Position numbers and translations under genes: made by a program
Part shown: in pieces, positions 37,446 to 47,189 of the stretch
How positions within the stretch are numbered: position 1 is the first letter of the stretch
Layout of the letters: each line of letters opens with the position of its first letter
From: Candidatus Pacearchaeota archaeon
Lineage (GTDB): Archaea > Nanobdellota > Nanobdellia > Pacearchaeales > GW2011-AR1
Length of the DNA stretch: 51,436 bases
Assembly (NCBI GenBank): GCA_023133415.1
Contig: JAGLWM010000006.1
Span: 1-51,436, forward strand
Reading direction: 5' to 3'
The notes under the pieces: model-generated
Told to the model about the DNA's origin: nothing
Database searches by the model: none
What the model saw: the letters and a program-made list of their open reading frames with translations, nothing else

Positions 37446-38069
37446 TTATAAAATTTTCCCCACATCTTCCCGAATCATTTCAATAATCTCTGGAAACTCA
37501 CTAATATCAAAATGCCCACCCTTACTGTCATAAACAATAATTTTAGAGTTACTCAATTTCTCCTTGTATTTATCAGCGCTATCAACTAAAACACAATCAT
37601 CATCTTTAGAAAACATCAACGTCACATTGTCACAATTCTCCTCAATCAAACTCAAATCCTCTCCCAGCTCAAACCCACCAACTAAATCTTCCCCACTAAC
37701 TAACTCATCATTAAATGGAGCAGCAATTAAATAAGTAGCCAAGATTTTTTTATCAATCCGATTTTCACTTAAATACTTAGACAAAAAAATACCGCCAAGC
37801 GAACTTCCAATCAAAATAACATCATCACCTACCACATCCAAATAATTTTCAAAAACAATCTTCCACTCCTCATAACTAGCATTGTCCTGCAATGGCATCC
37901 TCGGCTTAATAATATGAAAATCTTCACCTAGCTCAGTCCTCAAGTGCTTTCCATGCCAACGAACCTTCTCATTTAATCGAACATCTTTGTTCCTCAAATA
38001 ATCCAAATAATCTTCCCGATTCTTAAAAGTCATTCCTCCATGAACATATAAAATTTGAAATTTTTTCAT
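37446..38069 (-). CDS. Alpha/beta hydrolase (RBBP9/YdeN-like)
   Basis: VHGG, GSSLG, SKDD, GHF. Confidence 0.85.
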   Translation of the reverse strand: MKKFQILYVHGGMTFKNREDYLDYLRNKDVRLNEKVRWHGKHLRTELGEDFHIIKPRMPLQDNASYEEWKIVFENYLDVVGDDVILIGSSLGGIFLSKYLSENRIDKKILATYLIAAPFNDELVSGEDLVGGFELGEDLSLIEENCDNVTLMFSKDDDCVLVDSADKYKEKLSNSKIIVYDSKGGHFDISEFPEIIEMIREDVGKIL

Positions 38070-38114
38070 ACAAAATAAATGTTAATATCTTTTATAAAAT
38101 TATTCCTCAAAATC

Positions 38115-38210
38115 CGCCAAGCCCCGTGCAAAGCACAACCACCATTATTCAAAGAATAATAACCACCATTTTTGAAAAAAATAACCACCGACACCCTCGT
38201 GTCAACCACC
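38115..38210. repeat. Array of four variable hairpins with invariant AACCACC linkers
   Basis: CGCCAAGCCCC, then GTGC-AAA-GCAC, ATTATTC-AAA-GAATAAT, ATTTTT-GAA-AAAAAT, GACAC-CCTC-GTGTC, each followed by AACCACC. Confidence 0.92.
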
Positions 38211-38215
38211 GCCAA

Positions 38216-38782
38216 CTAATTTCCTCTTCTCTTATTCGCTCTCAAACTTGGGAAAGCCTTTGGAACTTTCTCTCTAGAATTTCTCTGCCCTCTAGCCTTT
38301 TTCCCAGCCGAAGTCAATCCTCTCAAAGCCCTCTTCTTCGGAGCCTTAACAAATTCCCCTAACTGCTTATCATTCAAAATCCCGGCATCTTTTCTATCAA
38401 CCAGAATAATCTCATAAAAATAATTCATCCCATCTTTACCAATCCAATACGAACCCAAAACTTCCATATTAACATACTTCCTTGCAACCCTATTCTCCGC
38501 AATCTCTTTATAATTCATCCTCAAATTTTTTCTAATATGCAACCTCTTCGTTCTCCTCGCTTTATTCGGCCGACTCCTCTTATGCCCACCTCTCTTAATC
38601 TTAACACGAACAACAACAACACCCTTCTTCGCCTTATATCCAAGAGACCTCGCTCTATCAAGCCTCAATGGTCTCTCAACACGAGTAATCGCACCATCCT
38701 TCCGCCACTCAATCATTCTCTCTCTAAGCAATTTCACATCCGGCTTTTTCCATGCTTCCCTTAAATACTTCACAATTCCCAT
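38216..38782 (-). CDS. rpl15e: Ribosomal protein eL15
   Basis: RLDRARSLGYKAKKG, SYWIGKDG, RGLTSAGKK. Confidence 0.97.
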   Translation of the reverse strand: MGIVKYLREAWKKPDVKLLRERMIEWRKDGAITRVERPLRLDRARSLGYKAKKGVVVVRVKIKRGGHKRSRPNKARRTKRLHIRKNLRMNYKEIAENRVARKYVNMEVLGSYWIGKDGMNYFYEIILVDRKDAGILNDKQLGEFVKAPKKRALRGLTSAGKKARGQRNSREKVPKAFPSLRANKRRGN

Positions 38783-38891
38783 ATTGTCTCTATCAAAAAT
38801 TCCTTTTTAAAGTTAATCATTCTCCCAAGGTTTTTATAGCATCTCAAAACTATTTCTTAACGCTGTTCGAATTTGGAGCCGGATAACTCTA

Positions 38892-39290
38892 TCATCGATA
38901 AGCAGGAAACCATTTTTTCTTAGTCAAATATGTTTTCAAGTCATCTATCAAAACAATTCTAGGAATATAAATAGTTCCATACGGATCAGGATAGCCAGGC
39001 ATCACATCAGGCCTATTTTTTTCCATCTGGCAAAGTAATGGAACACCAACTAAATTATGTCCCTTTGCTCTTGTATGCCCACCGTCCTTTTTACGTCCGT
39101 CAGTTGTGTCTACATAATGCCTGCCAACAATCGAAAATTCCAATTCACTAATTTGATAAACAAAAACAGGTGGAAACTTATCCTTTACTCTAATACCTCG
39201 AATTATGGCATCAACCGCTTGCTTACTTCTTTTATCTTCCCATCCCCATAGTGTATGTTTATTCCAATCAAAATAAAATTGCTTGTCCAT
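38892..39290 (-). CDS. Hypothetical protein, possibly ParB/Srx-like
   Basis: FPPVFV..DGGHTR loosely resembles the ParB-N GxxR motif. Confidence 0.5.
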   Translation of the reverse strand: MDKQFYFDWNKHTLWGWEDKRSKQAVDAIIRGIRVKDKFPPVFVYQISELEFSIVGRHYVDTTDGRKKDGGHTRAKGHNLVGVPLLCQMEKNRPDVMPGYPDPYGTIYIPRIVLIDDLKTYLTKKKWFPAYR

Positions 39291-39388
39291 AATAAATCGT
39301 ATTTTATTTACATTTAAAAATACTTCACCTCCAAAGTTTTTTAACCAATTTTGAATATATCAAGATTTAGAAAATTAAATAATAGCTA

Positions 39389-39703
39389 TTACTCTATAGC
39401 CTCTTCGCACTTCTTTTCTAAATCATCAAGAAAACCTTCGCTAAAAAAGTTGCAAGTTTTATCTCTTATAGTGAGAGGAATGTAACGAACTTCATGTATC
39501 CCTCGTAGTAAATTAGAAGCACTTTCTTCGTTAGGGTTATTTACAAATTCTTTCCAAGTTTCTACACAAGTTAACGTAGCAATCAAATAATCTGCTACTT
39601 TCCTATGGGAACTATAAAGTATATTTCCTTCATCATCATATAGATTTGATCTCATAATTTCTTTTCTGTTTCTTATTATATAAATTTTTCTATCTGTTAC
39701 CAT
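39389..39703 (-). CDS. Hypothetical protein
   Basis: 104-aa AT-rich ORF. Confidence 0.55.
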   Translation of the reverse strand: MVTDRKIYIIRNRKEIMRSNLYDDEGNILYSSHRKVADYLIATLTCVETWKEFVNNPNEESASNLLRGIHEVRYIPLTIRDKTCNFFSEGFLDDLEKKCEEAIE

Positions 39704-39830
39704 TTCTAAATTACTTCAATTTTCCAAATCCCACAGAACTATCCCGTTCCCAAAACCACAAATGAAGCTCCAAAACGAAAATCTTTACTTATAAAAACAT
39801 CAAACGAGGGAAAAATCAAATATTATTTTT

Positions 39831-40069
39831 TTAGACTGAAAAATCCACATCAGTTAATATTACTTCAATATTTGCTTTTGGATGTGTTGATGATCTATCC
39901 AATGAATTGTCGAACTTTCAAAACCCTATATACTTTCCCATCCCCTATGCAATAAGTTTCATTTTCTCTAGGCAAATCTTGATATTCTACCTTATCATAT
40001 ATTTCCCTTGCTACAAATTGCAGGTTTTCTTCATTTTTTTTCTATTATTTTAAGTTTATATGTTTTCAT
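39831..40069 (-). pseudogene. Frameshifted small hypothetical gene downstream of tRNA-Ile
   Basis: GGAGGAG RBS + MKTYKLKIIEK; a plausible reading continues after removing one A from an A8 run and again after a second +1 shift. Confidence 0.4.
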
Positions 40070-40140
40070 TTGTTTATACTCCTCCACATTCCTCAAAGCG
40101 TTTTCCTCGCACAGGACAGTTCTGTTCTCAAAACCACAAA

Positions 40141-40214
40141 TGAGCCCGCTGTGATTTGAACACAGGACCTCTGCCTTATCAGAGCAGCGCGCTACCTGGC
40201 TGCGCCACGGGCTC
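40141..40214 (-). tRNA. tRNA-Ile(GAT)
   Basis: Cloverleaf: GAGCCCG/CGGGCTC acceptor, GCGC D-stem, CTGCT-CTGATAA-GGCAG anticodon arm, CTGTG-TTCAAAT-CACAG T-arm; no intron, CCA not encoded. Confidence 0.97.
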
Positions 40215-40266
40215 ATTTAGTCATTAACAAAATTCCGATTTATAAAACTAACCATTCACCCCAACA

Positions 40267-40308
40267 CTGACACCTGATTGCTGCCACCTGATCTCTGTCC
40301 CCTGACCC
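40267..40308 (+). repeat. Degenerate heptamer tract (CTGNNNN)x6
   Basis: CTGACAC CTGATTG CTGCCAC CTGATCT CTGTCCC CTGACCC, abutting the stop codon at 40309. Confidence 0.75.
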
Positions 40309-40920
40309 CTATCCCTTCATCTCAACCATCACCCTCTCTCCCTCAACCCGCCATCCCAAAATCTCAACCTTCAATGGAATCACCTTTACATAACACCTAT
40401 CCTTCGAATACGCCCGAATCTCAATTCCAGTTTCTAACTCCGTCATAACAATATCTTCCTCCCTCTGAACACCCGGCGCTTCAATCTCATATATAATAAC
40501 ATCTCCAAGTCTCCTCACCTTAGACTCTGCCTTAACCTTTTTCAACTTCGCTCTCCTCTCACGCTCCTCATGAGAAATTTTCATAACCTCCAACTTTTTC
40601 GGCGACTCCTTTTTCATAACCTGCCCCGTCGGCAATTGACCAATCTGAATTTTAAATCCCTTCGGTATCCCCTGCTTCCCTTCAAAATCCATATTTCCCA
40701 TTTGTCTCTCAAGTTGTTTAACCAAAGAATTCACAATCTTATTAACCCCAAAAGGTAACTTCAAACTTTCCTGAACTTTCCCTGCATCATCAGAACCCAA
40801 CATCCCAAGATCCCCTTGCGAACCAATCTTCGAACCCCGAACACCAGCTCCACACCAAGGACAATAATTGAATTTCCTATTAATCTTCTCGGCACACGCT
40901 TTACACTTTCTTTCAAACAT
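40309..40920 (-). CDS. Zinc-ribbon + Hsp20-like domain protein
   Basis: CKAC..CPWCG; C-terminal IYEIEAPGV..IEIRA. Confidence 0.65.
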   Translation of the reverse strand: MFERKCKACAEKINRKFNYCPWCGAGVRGSKIGSQGDLGMLGSDDAGKVQESLKLPFGVNKIVNSLVKQLERQMGNMDFEGKQGIPKGFKIQIGQLPTGQVMKKESPKKLEVMKISHEERERRAKLKKVKAESKVRRLGDVIIYEIEAPGVQREEDIVMTELETGIEIRAYSKDRCYVKVIPLKVEILGWRVEGERVMVEMKG

Positions 40921-40950
40921 AATTCCTTGATGGCGCCCTCCTTCTTAAAT

Positions 40951-42408
40951 TTAACTATTTTTATGGAGCCCATTCTCACCAGCCTCGACATAATGCTCTA
41001 CAGTCTCAACCAAATGCTCCAAGTGATGAATCTCTCTCACAGCACCCTGCACCGGCGCAAACTCCTTGACTAAATAATTCGAAGAAAACTTCTTCACATG
41101 CCGAACCTCATGTAAAAGCTTCAACCCAAATATCGAAACCATCCCACGCCCAAACATAGAAATCGCAAAGATAAACAATATGGGGTTCATAAACGAAACA
41201 TCGGCCCAAGCCAAAAGAGTCCCAAAACTTGCCCCAACAAAAACTCCAAATCCAACCATTAAGTTCATATATGTCAAGCCAAAACTCCGCTTCCCAGAGC
41301 CCACTGCATCATAAACATAATTATTCACAGCCAAATTATAGCCAGCCCAACCAAACCCACTAATAATAGAAGGGACCAATAATAAATATAATTTAACCCC
41401 TAAATCACTCTCAATAAAAACAGACATAATCCAAAGCAAAGGCGTCGCTGCAACCAACCAAGAGCAGATCCGCATCAACTCAACATTCCCGAATCTATCC
41501 GACATCTTCCCGAGCAATGGCAAAAACACCAACTGAAAGACAACGGCACTAACGGTAATTGCCATATACCATATATAAGAAAGCCCCAAATCTCTCAACA
41601 TATAAACAACCCAAAACGGACCAGCCACACCAACAACAAAACTAAAAAACAATCGAAACAAACAAAACCTTCCAAACGGAGTAGTCCTAGCTTTACTTAA
41701 AAATTGTCTAAATGTAAAATAATCTTTCTTCCTAACTTTAAGTCGCGGTTCATATTGTTTTTTCAATAAAGTCCAAGACCAAAATTTCGAAATCGTCGAA
41801 AATACAAAAAGCAAACCAAATCCAAACAATGTAAACCCAATCACATCTCCAAAATTTGCTCCAACCTTCTTCGCTGTATCAAGAATAAGAGCAGCAACAA
41901 TCATAGTCACGATACCAAAAAATCCAGCAATCCTATTCCTTTTAGAAAAATATTTCCCTCTCTTGTGCTCCGGAGCAAGCGAACCCATCCACGAAAACCA
42001 CGCCGGATTCGCAATCGCAGCCAAACTATAAGCCAACCCAATCAAAACAATCAAAACCCACGACATATAAGGCACTCCAAAATAAAATAAAACTCCAGTC
42101 AGAATAATTGGAACCCCAAGAAACATTCTCCACATAACAGCATTCAAAACAATCCGCCTTCTAGAAAATTTCCTAATCAACGTAGATGCCTTCAACTGCA
42201 CAAGACTTGGTAACAAACTAATAACCGCATGCAAAATTCCCATCTGTGTTGCAGTAGCATTCAAAAGCAAAGCAAACGGCGCAAAATACGACATCCCAAA
42301 ACCAGCCGAAATCGAAGCAAACGACCCCTCCCTCACACTCAATTTCAAACTTCGCTCAATCTTCTTCTTTACAATAGGATGACTAGCCCCAACCACTCTC
42401 TTTCTCAT
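40951..42408 (-). CDS. MFS transporter
   Basis: About 12 TM; GKMSDRFG, RGKYFSKRN. Confidence 0.88.
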   Translation of the reverse strand: MRKRVVGASHPIVKKKIERSLKLSVREGSFASISAGFGMSYFAPFALLLNATATQMGILHAVISLLPSLVQLKASTLIRKFSRRRIVLNAVMWRMFLGVPIILTGVLFYFGVPYMSWVLIVLIGLAYSLAAIANPAWFSWMGSLAPEHKRGKYFSKRNRIAGFFGIVTMIVAALILDTAKKVGANFGDVIGFTLFGFGLLFVFSTISKFWSWTLLKKQYEPRLKVRKKDYFTFRQFLSKARTTPFGRFCLFRLFFSFVVGVAGPFWVVYMLRDLGLSYIWYMAITVSAVVFQLVFLPLLGKMSDRFGNVELMRICSWLVAATPLLWIMSVFIESDLGVKLYLLLVPSIISGFGWAGYNLAVNNYVYDAVGSGKRSFGLTYMNLMVGFGVFVGASFGTLLAWADVSFMNPILFIFAISMFGRGMVSIFGLKLLHEVRHVKKFSSNYLVKEFAPVQGAVREIHHLEHLVETVEHYVEAGENGLHKNS

Positions 42409-42581
42409 AAAATAAACCAATCAAAAGAATATAAAAATATAACTATATTAAAAATAACAAGCACAATCCTAAAACTAAACCAGAATCTCAAATTTAGAAA
42501 ACTCATATACAAACTATTGTACTGTACATATACAAAATATAAAACAATAAACTTTAATAATCTTTCTTCAAACCAAATTAC

Positions 42582-44384
42582 ATGACACAAAAATTTTACA
42601 TCACAACAGCAATCGACTACGTCAACGCAAAACCCCACATAGGTCACGCTTTCGAAAAAATTCTAGCCGATGTTTTAGCCCGATGGCATAGACTTCAAGG
42701 CGATAAAACATTCTTATTAACAGGCACTGATGAAAACGCACAAAAAAACGCTGAAGTCGCAAAACAAGAAGGAATTCCGACACAAGAATTCGTTGACAGA
42801 AACTCAAAATACTTCACAAAGTTATGCGAAGTCCTAAACGTAAAATATGACAGATTCATCCGAACAACTGAGGAAAAACACAAGAAAAAATCCCAAGAAA
42901 TATTCAAAACAGTATTTGATAAAGGCGACATCTACAAAGGAGAATACGAAGGACTATATTGCAAAGGTTGTGAAGCATTCTTGACAGAAAGAGATTTAGT
43001 TGATGGAAAGTGCCCAGAGCACAATAAAGAACCCGAACAAATTTCAGAAGAGGCATACTTTTTCAAATTATCAAAGTACAAAGACCAGCTAATAAAATTC
43101 ATCGAAAACTACATAGTCCCAAAATCCAAAAAAAACGAAATACTCTCAAGATTAAAAGAAGAAAAGCTTCGAGACTTATGTGTATCAAGAACAAATTTAG
43201 ACTGGGGAATCGATTCACCAATAGACAACAAGTTCAAAATCTACGTATGGTTCGACGCACTAATCAACTATATCTCAGGAGCCTCAGGAAATTGGCCAGC
43301 AGACGTTCACGTAGTAGGAAAAGGAATAAATTGGTTCCACTCAGTAATATGGCCAGCAATGCTAATGTCAGCAGAAATCGAACTACCAAAAAAACTCTTA
43401 GTACACGGATATCTAACAATCGACGGACAAAAAATCTCAAAATCCCTAAGCAACGCAATTGATCCAGTTGAACTCGCAAAAAAATATCCAGTCGACACAA
43501 TTCGATACAATCTCCTAAGAGGTTCTACATTCGAAGATTTTGATTTCTCAGAATCCGAACTCATCGAACGCCACAACAACGAACTAGCAAACAAACTCGG
43601 CAACCTAATTTCCAGAACCTCAGCTCTAGCCGAAAAATACGGAATCGAAAAAAGGGCCTGCCCCAGACAAAATAAATTTAGTATTTACGAGGGTGCACAG
43701 AACAATCTACTAAAAAAACTAAACCTAAAACAAATCGAGACACACTTCGACAACTTCCGAATCGACAAAGCATTAAGCGAAATCTTCGCATTTATCGACC
43801 ACTGCAACGAATTTATTCAATCGCAAAAACCATGGGAAACCCACGACAAAAAAGTTCTATACCAACTAGTCGAAGCAATCCGAGAAATAGCTAAACTCCT
43901 TTCACCTTTCATCCCAGAATCTGCAGAAAAAATCTCCCAAATATTCAAAACCAACAAAATAAAAAAAGCCCCAATACTTTTCCAAAAAATCGAAATACCA
44001 AAACAAAACATTAATAAAAAAGAGATCCTTAATAAAACAATGGAAAACGTAACAACAATTCAATTCGAAGACTTCGCAAAACTCGACCTCAGAGTAGCAG
44101 AAATACAAAATGTAGACGATATCCCAGGTGCCGACAAACTCTACAAACTTTCCCTATCAGTAGGAGAACTAGGAGAACGAACAATCTGCGCTGGAATAAA
44201 ACAATTCTACAATCACGATGACCTCAAAGGCAAAAAAATCATAATCATCGCAAACCTCGAACCACGGAAGCTCCGCGGAATCGAATCTCAAGGAATGCTT
44301 CTTGCCGCTTCAACAAAAGACAAAAAAACCGTTTCATTAATTTCTCCAGACCAAGATATTGAAGTTGGAAGCGTCGTTGGCTAA
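42582..44384 (+). CDS. metG: Methionyl-tRNA synthetase with C-terminal tRNA-binding domain
   Basis: HIGH, KISKS, YVWFDAL, Zn knuckle, C-terminal RGIESQGM OB domain. Confidence 0.97.
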   Translation: MTQKFYITTAIDYVNAKPHIGHAFEKILADVLARWHRLQGDKTFLLTGTDENAQKNAEVAKQEGIPTQEFVDRNSKYFTKLCEVLNVKYDRFIRTTEEKHKKKSQEIFKTVFDKGDIYKGEYEGLYCKGCEAFLTERDLVDGKCPEHNKEPEQISEEAYFFKLSKYKDQLIKFIENYIVPKSKKNEILSRLKEEKLRDLCVSRTNLDWGIDSPIDNKFKIYVWFDALINYISGASGNWPADVHVVGKGINWFHSVIWPAMLMSAEIELPKKLLVHGYLTIDGQKISKSLSNAIDPVELAKKYPVDTIRYNLLRGSTFEDFDFSESELIERHNNELANKLGNLISRTSALAEKYGIEKRACPRQNKFSIYEGAQNNLLKKLNLKQIETHFDNFRIDKALSEIFAFIDHCNEFIQSQKPWETHDKKVLYQLVEAIREIAKLLSPFIPESAEKISQIFKTNKIKKAPILFQKIEIPKQNINKKEILNKTMENVTTIQFEDFAKLDLRVAEIQNVDDIPGADKLYKLSLSVGELGERTICAGIKQFYNHDDLKGKKIIIIANLEPRKLRGIESQGMLLAASTKDKKTVSLISPDQDIEVGSVVG

Positions 44385-44423
44385 ACCAAAATAATTTAAC
44401 AAGAATCTTTATGTAGTTATACT

Positions 44424-44760
44424 TTACCCAGTAATTTTAGAAGTACACAATTTCATTAGAGGTTTAACTAGTCCTTCAGGAGATTCTCTCTCTGTATTCA
44501 CGCCGAATTCTCTATCTTCTATTTCTACAGAACCACTTGGAGAAAAAGAATTTACTGCTACACTATATAGTTTTAATTCCAGTACTAATATTTTTGTTAA
44601 CATTTCAGCGCCTACTTTCACACAACTATATGGTTCAAAACCAACAGTTGCCCTTTTTCCTAAATTTGAAGAAATATTGATTATTTTTCCAGATTTCCGC
44701 CTCCCCACTACCTTCCCAATTTCTTTTTCATAAATTGTTAATAGTATTTCTTTATTCAAA
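44424..44760 (-). pseudogene. C-terminal fragment of a short-chain dehydrogenase/reductase
   Basis: GKIINISS..YSCVK..VAVNSFSP; Rossmann N-terminus absent; ORF-track start lies inside minD. Confidence 0.65.
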
Positions 44761-44763
44761 TCT

Positions 44764-45516
44764 TTACAACCCCAACAACCGTTCAAAAAATCCCCTATTC
44801 TCCTCAACCATCTCCCCATTTATCTTCCGCGCAATCTCTAAATACTTCTTCGCAACCTTATTTCTAGGATGAGTATGACTAACAGCATCCCTCAAATTCA
44901 GCGCTTCCTTAACAACTTTATCCTCAGGAACAACCCCAATAATCTGTGACTCAAGCATCGATTTAATTGAACTCAACGGCATCTCATACTTTGCATCATT
45001 ATGTCGCGTCACAATCACCCCATTAATCTCCTTGCCCATCCCTCGCGCGACCTTCACAGCCTTCAACGCATCAGTCACAGCCGGCATCTCAGGATTCGTC
45101 ACAATAACAATCTCGTCCGCAGCCTCTAAAGCCGCTATAACTTCCTCACCAAAACCAGCAGCAGAATCCACAATCACATAATCACAAAGCTCACTCAACT
45201 TACTCATAATCCCGGGTAACTTCTTAACATTAAATTTAGTCAACTCCTTAATTGATAATGATGATGGCACAATCTTCACCCCAGAACAATGCTCATAAAT
45301 CGCATCCTCAATTGCAGCCTTCCCCTTCAAAACATGATTCAAAGTAATAGGAACAACCGGCGCACCAAGTTGTAACCCAATATTCGGCGTATTCAAATTC
45401 GCATCCACAATAATAACTTCCTTATTCAACTTATTTAAACTAGCACCTAAATTAATTGCTGTAGTAGTCTTACCGACGCCACCTTTCCCCGAATTTATAA
45501 CTATTATTCTTGCCAT
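44764..45516 (-). CDS. minD: MinD-family ATPase
   Basis: SGKGGVGKTT, VDSAAG, VTNPEMPAVTDA. Confidence 0.93.
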   Translation of the reverse strand: MARIIVINSGKGGVGKTTTAINLGASLNKLNKEVIIVDANLNTPNIGLQLGAPVVPITLNHVLKGKAAIEDAIYEHCSGVKIVPSSLSIKELTKFNVKKLPGIMSKLSELCDYVIVDSAAGFGEEVIAALEAADEIVIVTNPEMPAVTDALKAVKVARGMGKEINGVIVTRHNDAKYEMPLSSIKSMLESQIIGVVPEDKVVKEALNLRDAVSHTHPRNKVAKKYLEIARKINGEMVEENRGFFERLLGL

Positions 45517-45568
45517 GTTAACAAATGCATATCTATCAGAAAAAATCGCTTTATAAATTTTATTAGAA

Positions 45569-46030
45569 CTAATTCGCTAATATCTTTCTTACTTCTTCAA
45601 TAAATTTCTCAACAATATCATAATACTCACCCAACTTCTCCATATTAATATCAACAACCCTAGTCGGGCCTACCTTCACCTTCAAATTCACATTTTTCCG
45701 AAATTCTCCACTTCGCGTCTTATTCAAATCCGGCACCCTCTTAAAAAAAATGTAAAGCGGCACAACATTCTGGATTGCTTCGTTCTTCGCAAAATACTTC
45801 TTAATAAATTCAATCCTCTGTTTCGGTGTTGCATGTATGCACGGAATCTTCCCCTCTTCACACCTCTTCTTCAAAATAGCATCAAAAGAAATCTCAATCA
45901 AACTCTTCCATCGTGCCAACAAATTCAAAATCACATCACAAGTCTTCGTATACTTTAAACTAACATACATTAGATGATCAGCACTAGTTTTTTCCTTAAT
46001 AATCTCTTCATCCATAATATTACGCTCCAA
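45569..46030 (-). CDS. Conserved archaeal hypothetical protein
   Basis: ADHLMYVSLKYTKT motif; host codon style. Confidence 0.75.
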   Translation of the reverse strand: MERNIMDEEIIKEKTSADHLMYVSLKYTKTCDVILNLLARWKSLIEISFDAILKKRCEEGKIPCIHATPKQRIEFIKKYFAKNEAIQNVVPLYIFFKRVPDLNKTRSGEFRKNVNLKVKVGPTRVVDINMEKLGEYYDIVEKFIEEVRKILAN

Positions 46031-46050
46031 GTGCGATAAAATCAGGGCAA

Positions 46051-46515
46051 TTACCTTTTTATATCTGTCGGAAATTTATCAACAGCATAATTAACAGAAT
46101 CAAGAAACTCTCTTAATCTCGAAACTTTCAAAACCTTCCATCTTCCATCAACCAACAATAAAATCTTATCATTCTTCACAAATTCAACCTTCGACATCCT
46201 CTGCGCACGCTCTATCTCCAAAATCTTCACCAAATTCTCAACCGTCTTTTCATCCAAATATTTAAGCGCAATCTTCCTCAAGAAAACATCCAAGTTCCCC
46301 GTCATTCCCTCCCTAATTAAGAATGCACGGACCAACTTTCTAACAGCTCGCCCCCCTTCCCGAATTATCCCAACCAAAATCCTTTTCTCTGGAAATTCAT
46401 CATAAGTCTCAAGCATTCTTCTGGCTACACTCAAATGATATCTAGCCTCAAAAAAATCCGCTCTCCAATCCGCAAGGACTTTGTCATTGCATAACCCAAA
46501 ACATCTTTTCTCCAT
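46051..46515 (-). CDS. Hypothetical protein
   Basis: Host codon style; start placed at MEKRC. Confidence 0.7.
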   Translation of the reverse strand: MEKRCFGLCNDKVLADWRADFFEARYHLSVARRMLETYDEFPEKRILVGIIREGGRAVRKLVRAFLIREGMTGNLDVFLRKIALKYLDEKTVENLVKILEIERAQRMSKVEFVKNDKILLLVDGRWKVLKVSRLREFLDSVNYAVDKFPTDIKR

Positions 46516-46567
46516 TTTATTTCTAGCAAAAAAATAGAACATTCTTTATATTAATTATTACACTCCA

Positions 46568-46894
46568 CTATCTCAGCGATATAATCGCCTCAGCAATATC
46601 CCCACCACTCTTCTCCAAAGCCTCTCTAACCTCTCCAATCTCTTTTCCTGTCTGCCCCATTACCATCTCCAAATCCTCATTCGAAAAAACTTCCGCCTCT
46701 TCTTCAACAGCATCTCCGGTCACCTGAAAACTCTCCTGCCCCTGCATTTTAATTCTCATAACATTCGGATTATCAACAACCAAATTCCCATCATCCATCT
46801 CAAAAACAACTCGCCTCACAGGAAGCTCCTCCTGACTAATTCCCATCTTCTTCATCATCCCCTTCATCTGCGCCGGATTCACTCCACCAAACAT
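46568..46894 (-). CDS. nac: Nascent polypeptide-associated complex protein
   Basis: MMKKMGI..MQGQESFQVTG; UBA-like GDIAEAI. Confidence 0.93.
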   Translation of the reverse strand: MFGGVNPAQMKGMMKKMGISQEELPVRRVVFEMDDGNLVVDNPNVMRIKMQGQESFQVTGDAVEEEAEVFSNEDLEMVMGQTGKEIGEVREALEKSGGDIAEAIISLR

Positions 46895-46895
46895 C

Positions 46896-47051
46896 TTAAT
46901 AAAACATCCTTAGACCTACAACCAAAACAATCGTCACAATAATCATTCCAACAACCGTCCCAGGTCCAAACTTAAATTTAGAATCATACTCTTCCTTATA
47001 CCGCATTAACCCACCGAACCCCGCCGGCATTGCCATTGAATTGTCAGTCAT
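46896..47051 (-). CDS. Preprotein translocase subunit Sec61beta
   Basis: GGLMRYKEE..P + single TM. Confidence 0.88.
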   Translation of the reverse strand: MTDNSMAMPAGFGGLMRYKEEYDSKFKFGPGTVVGMIIVTIVLVVGLRMFY

Positions 47052-47189
47052 ACAAAAAAGAACAATACTTGCTTTATAAATTTTCCGAAGTCCAAGTTCT
47101 TCCCCTCGACAAACTCTTTTCAAAATAGAAATATTTATATATCAAATTCCCGACAACATAATAACTATAATAGGGAGAAGGAGGTAAAA

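Noticed and set aside
38126-38362. 78-aa ORF starting in the hairpin array
   Set aside because: Antisense to rpl15e; its T-rich start just reflects the AACCACC linkers.
40031-40216. 61-aa ORF across tRNA-Ile
   Set aside because: Overlaps a clear tRNA gene.
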